From Eledone cirrhosa (taxonomy: Eukaryota): 64,000 nucleotides of DNA. Within the stretch, counting starts at the first letter, position 1; every line of letters begins with the position of its first letter. Positions 55,915 through 64,000 of the stretch are shown here, in pieces. The notes under the pieces are model-generated. The model was not told where the DNA came from and made no database searches. It saw nothing but the letters and a program-made list of their open reading frames with translations. The DNA is taken from contig OZ024740.1 in assembly GCA_964016885.1 (NCBI GenBank), positions 42,718,001 to 42,782,000 of the forward strand, written 5' to 3'. A program made the translations under genes and the position numbers.

Positions 55915-55970
55915 TTTTATCTGATGAAAACGCAGATATCATCCCATGATGATATTTGGTTTTGAAATGT
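55915..55970 (+). ncRNA. Hammerhead-like motif, 3' side interrupted
   Basis: CUGAUGA-AAAC-G-CAGAUAUCAUC…GAUGAUAUUUG-GUUUU-GAAA; stems I and III not supported. Confidence 0.4.
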
Positions 55971-55974
55971 GCGA

Positions 55975-56543
55975 GACTCAGCCTAAGCAAAGCTGGACTC
56001 GAAAGTCATCTTCGCAGCCATAAAGTAAGACCAGTGGTTGACTACCAGGCTGCTGTTGGAGATGATACTCATCATGCTTGCCAAACATGAGGTAGAGAAT
56101 GTAAATCAGCAGGAGGGCTCAAGCGACATGCAAAAGTACATGAACTCCAACCACAGCCGGCGATTCCCATGAATATTTTGGTTGCCGACTCTGTGCAAGA
56201 CATGTTAGATCATTGGCTGGGCTAAAAAGCCACATTCGATCGCAGCGCTGTTAGTTGCTTTCGTGTGTGTGTGTGTGTATAGATATGTTTATGTGCGCGC
56301 GTGTGTGTGTATATATATATATGTATATGTATATTATTATTGTTGTTATTATTATTATTATTGTTATTAATGTATACGTGTGTGTGTATATATATATGTG
56401 TGTATATATGTATATGTATGTGTGTATATATATATATATATTTCTTTTTTTAATTTTATTTAATTTTGTATTTATCTATTAATATGTTTATTTTCTCCTC
56501 GTGCAATGGCCATACTCGATAACGAGGGAGCAGCCATCATCAT
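55975..56543 (+). mobile_element. RTE LINE 3' end with C2H2 finger remnants, split by microsatellites
   Basis: SKAGLESHLRSH, ECKSAGGLKRHAKVH and CRLC…SLAGLKSHIRS, then GGCCATACTCGATAACGAGGGAGCAGCC(ATC)n. Confidence 0.65.
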
Positions 56544-56564
56544 ATATATACATATATGTGAATA

Positions 56565-56613
<49 letters not shown>

Positions 56614-57022
56614 ATGTGTGTATGTATGTACATATGTATGCACAATATATGTTGTTTTTCTTTTCCACGATTTATTATTTTAAATTGAGTCTGGCAAAGC
56701 ATATTGTTACAGTTAGTATTTTTTCCACCGAGTAACTTGGTCCGTTACAATTTGAATACATGTATGTTTATATCTGTTTTTATCTCTCTTTTATATTCAA
56801 TTATATTACACGGTTCAGAAAAACTTTCTTAGTGCTATTTAATTGCAAAAGACTATTTTGAGTTTCTAACTCAATATATACTTTTGATATATACCTTTGA
56901 TATATATATATATAGTAGAAATAATAATAAACGCGAAGACTAAAATCCGAATACATTTGAAAAAATATATATATACTATTATGCACATATGTGTATGTGT
57001 GTGTATATGTATGTGTACACAT

Positions 57023-57123
<101 letters not shown>

Positions 57124-57139
57124 TTAAAAAAAGGGGTAA

Positions 57140-57427
57140 ATACCCCCTAGAAAGTTTTCCTCCGAGGCACAAGTCCAGGCAAGGTTGTTTGTGGAATACC
57201 AATAGCCGCCCATGCATACCAGTCTCCTCTCTCCACGCCAGCGATGAGTTCCAAGGGAAAGGCAATTGCCGATACAGCGTGGCACCAGTAACGTCGCATC
57301 TCATTTCTACAGCCGAGTAAACTGGAGCACGTGAAATAAAGTGTCTTGCTCAAGGACACAACGCAGCATCCGGTCCGAGAATCGAACTCGCAACCTTCCG
57401 ATTGCAAGTCCAATGGTCTAACCACTA
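57140..57427 (-). mobile_element. tRNA-derived SINE
   Basis: Head with GAGTTCGATTCTC B box and CTTGAGCAAGACACTTTATTTCACG core. Confidence 0.8.
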
Positions 57428-57561
57428 CATACATATATATACACAAGTATATATATATATATAAGTATGTATATATATATATGTGTAAATATTTATAAAT
57501 ATATATGTACATACATATATATAAATATATATTTATATATATTTACACATATATATACATA

Positions 57562-57633
<72 letters not shown>

Positions 57634-57844
57634 CCTATACATATATATATATATTTATATATATACACATATACATACACATACACACACATACACATAC
57701 ACATACATATATATACACATATACATATTTATACACACGCTTATACATATATATATATATAAATATAATTGGTGTGGGATGCTTACAGCGTCCGTAAGCG
57801 GTATGCCGTTTGAGGACTCGATGCTCTTACAGAGAAGAGTATAA

Positions 57845-58147
57845 TATCACATAAGAAACAGGGAATCAGTGGTGCGACGAATAAGATTTATTAGACATAT
57901 TACAAGCGTTTCTCTGGCGACCAGCTCGAGGCACGATCATGCAATGATCAAACCTGACTCTGAAATCGCCAGGTCCCCATTTGGAAACTCTGCTTCGTAG
58001 AATCGAGACATATCTGAGGACCTTGCGATTTCAGAGTCAGGTGTGTTCATTGCATCGATCGTACCTCAAGCTGGTCGCCAGAGAAACGATTGTAATATGT
58101 CTAATAAATCTTATTCGTCGCACCACTGATTCTCCGTTTCTTATGCG

Positions 58148-58150
<3 letters not shown>
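57845..58150. mobile_element. Fold-back element carrying a long-stem-II hammerhead
   Basis: Arms 57845-57976 and 58019-58150; homologous to 35970-36110. Confidence 0.8.
58006..58102 (+). ncRNA. Type I hammerhead with extended stem II
   Basis: AGACAUAU-CUGAGGA-(62 nt)-GAAA-CGAUUG-UA-AUAUGUCU; 8-bp stem I; predicted cut after A58094. Confidence 0.75.
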
Positions 58151-58179
<29 letters not shown>

Positions 58180-58180
58180 G

Positions 58181-58787
58181 AGGACTGCTCCCTCGTTATC
58201 GAGTATGGCCATTGGACGATATACCATTATTAATAATTATTAATTAAGTCTATTGTGCAATGCCTGTGCATGAAGATATTTTTTAAAATGAGGAAAGACT
58301 GTTCACTGAACCAATCCCACTCTCTGAGCGACAGTAGCTATAACCCGAAAAGAAGAAAAGATCAACATCATCGGTAACTACTGAGCCGCAGATATTATAT
58401 CGGACTTTTCCCAGTTTCTTGAGTTGCGTTCTCCTAGAAGAATGCCCTGACACAGGCTAGGGGTCCTTCACTCCCAGTGGTTTAACTGCGCGATCGGATG
58501 TCCAGCCCGACTATTTCTATGTCCCCGCTCATATACATACACATATACATATACATACATATGTACATGTGTATATATACATATTTACACTCTTTTGGAC
58601 GGCCGTTGACTTTTATGAGTTCTTCCGCCTTTTGTCAGGTTTTGTTTTTTGTCCTGCAGGGTGTCTAAAATCCCCTTCCTCACCAAGTAAACTTAGTGGG
58701 GTTGCCGGTTTAGTCGCCGACGACCCGACCATGCGACATGTTATACTGGGTTACATGTTACCAGTAGCACTCAAGAGTGACCCGACA
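58181..58787 (-). mobile_element. Diverged bipartite RTE-derived element
   Basis: 58595-58787 is homologous to the 5' part of 26244-26853; 58181-58215 matches the RTE 3' stem; interrupted by (TACA)n. Confidence 0.6.
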
Positions 58788-59792
58788 TAATATATATATA
58801 TACATATATACACATACATACACACATATATTATATATATATGTATATATATATAGGTATGATTTTCATGGGTACGTCTCTATTTATAAAACAAACTTTG
58901 TATTTCATCTAATGAAAGCGTACCAATGTTGTCTTGGTTGTCCTTGAAATATATATTATAAAATAAATATTGTTTTTAAATAATTCCCTTTTCTTTAAAC
59001 CCATCAACCAATGACCTCCACCCATCCCAATCACCAGAAAAGATATAAATATAATATACATAAGCAAGTATTGCACCAAGAAAAATAAAAGTCGGCGTGA
59101 AGGAGATTAGGAATTTATTTGCTTTAACATATGTTTCCCCGTCCACTTAATTGTCTACATATTCTGACTACAATATATATTGTTCAATCATATGGATTAG
59201 TCAATTATTTATTACACTTCATCAGAAAGCCTATAATAGTAGAAGTTAACTTTTCAGTAAACGGTAGAATTCAACAATGGGATTTTCGTTTAAGAAAATA
59301 TAAATAAGTTAAAAATAGAATGAAATACAGTCAGTTAGTATGATAGTAGAGAGAGGAAAGAGTAGGAGTAAATAGTTTCACATTATCAATCTGTGTGCTG
59401 TGATGTGAAACAATTATTCTTTGACCATTGGTATGGGTGAAACTTTGATGTTTACCATGTATGGTCGAGAAGGTTTAGAGGGTATAAATAGAAGGACAGA
59501 AAAGGAGAGTAGTCTAAAGTGAGTAAGGAAAGTGATTAAAAAAATGAGATTGTTTTGAATATTACTGAATTCTCTGGGTAGGTGTGAAAAGTCCAAACGC
59601 CACAGGAAATGTACTAAATAGGATGTAGTAAAACATAGGTATTAGGGATCGAATTTTGTTCTAGTCCAGTTTGTATTTAGCGAAGGTGTTTAGAAACTTG
59701 TGTTTGGAATTAAATATCATGTCTTACCGGGAATTTAGAAGGTCCTTTTCGGTCGCTATTTCAATTACCTCCTTACTTCCGCCAAACATAAT

Positions 59793-59869
<77 letters not shown>

Positions 59870-60507
59870 TGTATATATTTACAGTATAAACAAAGTTTCA
59901 TAGACTTAACATATATGTGCTACCATTGGTTGCGGGGTCCAGTCAAAGCCCAAAACATAAAACGGGGAAGTTGTTGTCCCTCGGCTAAGTCTCCCTCCGA
60001 ACGGTCGAGAGCTATATTTGAAACAGGGAAGGCAACCCTGCTTTGAAATCTGTCTGTATACGAATTTATCAAAATTTCCTGGGGTTATACTGTCCAGCGT
60101 GTAAAGGAAGTAGACTCAGCAAATTATCGGGTACTTTGTAGATAGCTATAATGAATAAGTTAAGATTTACATATAGACGGACACCCACACCCACAGAAAC
60201 ATATAACAAATTATTGAGATTAAAAAAAAAGTAGACATGAATTTGTGCGCACACGTATATATATATAAAAGGTAAATATGCATGTATACTTACTCCTTTA
60301 CAAGTAAATACATATGAGTTCTTCATGCTTATCTATCAAATTCTCAATTGTAATGTTAACCAGTTAATCTACGGCATACTCTTGACAACATGATTCCATA
60401 AACAGGCGTTCTGAAACAATGACTCCCCCGCACAATATTCCTGGATGGAATCAACCCAAGCGCATAGTTTTATATCTCACCCCTAGTTTTCATTATGTTT
60501 TCTTATA

Positions 60508-60745
60508 AGGTTAACTTTGCCTTTCATCCTTAAGGGGTCGATAAAATAAAGTACCAGTAATGCACTGGGTAATTGCTGGCTTTGTGCCAAAAGTAGAAAC
60601 AATTATGTTTTCCTATATAAAGCTCTACAAGGCGTGTGGCTGAGTGGTTAGAGAATTGGATTCGCAATCGTGAGGTTGTGAGTTCGATTCCTGGACCGGG
60701 CGATGCGTATGTCCTTGAGCAAGACACTTTATTTCACGTTGCTCC
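60508..60745 (+). mobile_element. Two SINE fragments (60508-60605, 60628-60745)
   Basis: Cores as in 7058 and 57140; another fragment lies at 61620-61690. Confidence 0.75.
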
Positions 60746-62645
60746 TTCTACCTGGAGTTGCAACTGATAGATACGATTAGCAATTGAAACACCAACTGAA
60801 ACATTGTTTCCACGGTCCGATTTGACGAAAGCCGATCAATTTGATATGAGCGCAATAAAGCACACTTTATGAATAGCTTTCATTTTTCTATGTCAACATT
60901 GATAGTTATTAGGTGACATTATCTATTGGTTTTGTTTATATAGAAAATGGATTAAAGTTGCATTTGGTCGATATAGAGTTTCATGTAATAATATTAGGCT
61001 CCTTAAAATATATATATTGTCGAAAGTTTGCAGAGCAAACCTTATTATGAAATACGAGAAAGGTATTACGACAGCATCAATTCATAAATCACGTTTAGTG
61101 GGAGAGATTTCGTAGTTTATCTGCCATTCATCTGAAGTTAAGTTATAACGTGAAATAAAATATGTAAGTAGATTATTATAAGGCCGAGTGGTTTCACCAT
61201 TACATTTATGATTGTTTATTGTCACCCATAGCAGATTTAAGTACATCTACAACTAAACGACTATTTCTTTCAATGTTTACATATTTGTACAAATATTCGA
61301 ATTTGATATCACTTTTAAATTTATAGGAGTTGCTTTCGTGCTATATGGTTAATGATATTTATTATATATGTTTCACAAAATATATTTGATATGAAGAAAA
61401 TTAGAGATTAAGGTTGAGACAGTCAAACAATAAAAATAGAACCAGCTTAAATTCTCTAAATAAGTGATGAAATAACTGTATGTTTACCTCGCGAATGGAG
61501 AAGCTTTGAAGCAATTGCAATGAGGCTGTATAGAAAGAAATAGGATTTGTAACGATAATAAAAAGAATAATAGAATAATAAAATGAAGGGAATATAGCAG
61601 TACTGTCGAGTTACCGGAGTGATTAAAATAAAGTACCAGTAATGTACTGCGTAATTGCTCGCCTTGTGCCAAAAACTAGAAACAATTATTACAATAGCAC
61701 ATACAATGACCAGCATTTAGACGTCATAGAATTAATCGCAAATAAATGTAGTTTTATTGTAATCTCACCAAGTTAGTATTTCGGATATTAATATATATCT
61801 TTTTTTTATTTTCCATAAATCGTATTGCTTTTCACACTTAGAAATGTGCATGAATGGATGTCCTTGCACTGGAAGAAGCTGTTCATAATAGAGAGTCCAC
61901 TACTAGATCAGAAGCCTTATAAAGCTTGTTCATTCGTATGTTGTAATCACTCATCTCCATATCAGGTGGTCAGCTACACAAAATGCATTGAAGTCTCCCA
62001 TTAGTATATATGACTCAGTGTTAACTGCATTTTACGCTACAGGGATTTCCCTCAAAGAAAGACTTGTATTCAAGCTCACTGTTTGGCGCATACACTTGTA
62101 CTACTCACAGAAACCTCTTTGGAATCTAAGATTCAAGATACACATCCTCCCTCCCAATGGGATCCAGTCCGTAACACATAATAACAGACCACCTCTGCAA
62201 TCGATTCTGGCGTCACAACTGAATAGGGGAGTTTCCATCCTTCATCATTACTGGTAGCGTTTTATCTAAGTCATAAGAAAGGTGAAAGTAAATATTATAC
62301 ATTTAACCTAATCTATTGGCATATTCAAGACGATTATATCGACAAATGCCTTGCTGTACAAAAGTGAATTTAGGCCCCTAGAAGTGAAAATAGCTGGATA
62401 AAAATATTGTTATGACCTCATATTGAAAGACTTAAACACGCACATAGTGGTGTCTATGCATACAAACACACGTATACACACACACACACACACACGCACA
62501 CACACACATACAGACAGACAGACACACACACACACAAACACATATATATATATAAAGTGACAATAAGAATTACAGCTTTTGTAAACTTTATTACATATTA
62601 CAATTTGTTTCCATGTAGATCAGCTCGGGTTTGATCATGTGATTG

Positions 62646-62686
<41 letters not shown>

Positions 62687-64000
62687 ATGTGTGTATGTGT
62701 CTATGTGTGTGTGCGTGTGTGTGTATGAGTGTGTGTGTATGGGTGTGTGTGTATGTGTGTGTGTATGTGTGTATATATGTGTGTGTGTGTGTGTGTATAT
62801 GTGTATGTGCGTGTGTGTATGTGTGCGTGTATGCGTTGTATATGATACATTTCTTTAGATATTTGGCATATTGAGAATACTGCAATTGCTAAATGGTTAA
62901 CTTGAACTTTTTTCTATTGCTTAAAGTATTTAAATACTGAATCCATAAATTTAAAAAAACCGATTCCGCTCATTCATTGATTCCAGGATCTTCTGGTTTA
63001 TGCAATATAATCCCGTTGAGTATATATGTACTATTCAGTTTGATCTTGTGAAGATTGGGATTATTGCAAAGTAGGCATGAAAAGACCGTTTTCACGAAAG
63101 TGCAGTTCTGTGGAAGGAAAATTGTTACAACCTGAAAACTTGGTATTGAAATCTAATGGCATTTGGAGTCGGGTAAACGGAGTGAAGATTACAGTTGGTA
63201 TGGTATGAACAATTTTAATAGTGACTGAAGAGATCGAGGGTCTGAATAATAAATGGGTAAGTGAAAACGTTTGGTGAATATAGATGTTTTTGACATATGG
63301 GGAATATTTGTTTTTGTTTCCTTGACAGGCGACGTGATCTAAAACATGTATGTGTATAACGGAAGCCATTATCTACTCGCGCAGCTAGAAAGTGTATTGA
63401 GATTGTATATGTAATTTGTCGACGAAATCAAAGGTGTAATGCAGGCAGCGCATTTCCTTTACTTAGAAGCCGTATTTATTTTTGTATTGGGAAATGTTAC
63501 CACTTCATAACTATTAGAAAACCTTTGCCAATATGAAATGATTCCAACTATTTTCTTCATTGGTGTAAACGTGTATCTAAAGAAATGTCATTATCTCTAG
63601 CAATTCCTAAAAGTAAATTGGCGCAGTGTTAGGTCTAAAAGAATTCATATAATTGTAGTATTTCTTCAACAAATATAATTAGATTGGAATGTTATAATAT
63701 CTATTTTTGTACTACTTTTGTATTTTGTTAATATTTAACACAAAAACGCCTTTGTTTTGCTGTACATTGGAATTACTTGCAGTCTAATACACTCATTTCA
63801 AGATATACGTTTCTATAATGTTTAATTCTCTCTGTAATTATAACAAAATTATACATACACGAGGGGAAATTAAAACTTAAAAAAAAATAGAATAAAATGA
63901 AATTAAAGATAAAAATGTTTAAAATGTTGTCAATCATTAATATTTATTTTGAGAGGTATTAGAATAAACGTTAATAGATATTATATATTTAATATAATTC

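Noticed and set aside
59400-59790. Further GIY-YIG/PLE remnants here and at about 41940-42930
   Set aside because: Too degraded to support by eye; would need a profile search.
63061-63369. 102-aa minus-strand ORF as a host gene
   Set aside because: No recognisable domain or supporting exon structure.

Overview
AT-rich, microsatellite-dense eukaryotic DNA, almost entirely repeat-derived. The SINE families resemble those of octopod cephalopods (inference). No intact host protein-coding gene is supported, and most ORFs in the track are microsatellite or antisense artefacts. Contents: one apparently intact U2 snRNA gene (minus, 11355-11545) inside a cluster of duplicated and decayed U2 copies; many Penelope-like element (PLE) fragments with GIY-YIG remnants, inverted pLTRs and hammerhead ribozymes (HHRs); a near full-length R4/Dong-clade LINE in (TACA)n; two tandem Tx1/L1-clade LINE copies in (TCTA)n; CRE, RTE and CR1 fragments; a DD37D (maT) transposon; a Tc2-like MITE; and many tRNA-derived SINEs. 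The most notable object is a non-coding 472-bp tandem array (about 38345-41520) with one inverted unit and about 5.6 direct units. Each complete unit carries a type I hammerhead ribozyme, making it a retrozyme-like candidate circular-RNA element. The window also holds a dispersed set of HHRs, including covariant U3-A8 cores and long-stem-II forms in fold-back elements. All structures were read by eye; element boundaries are approximate.
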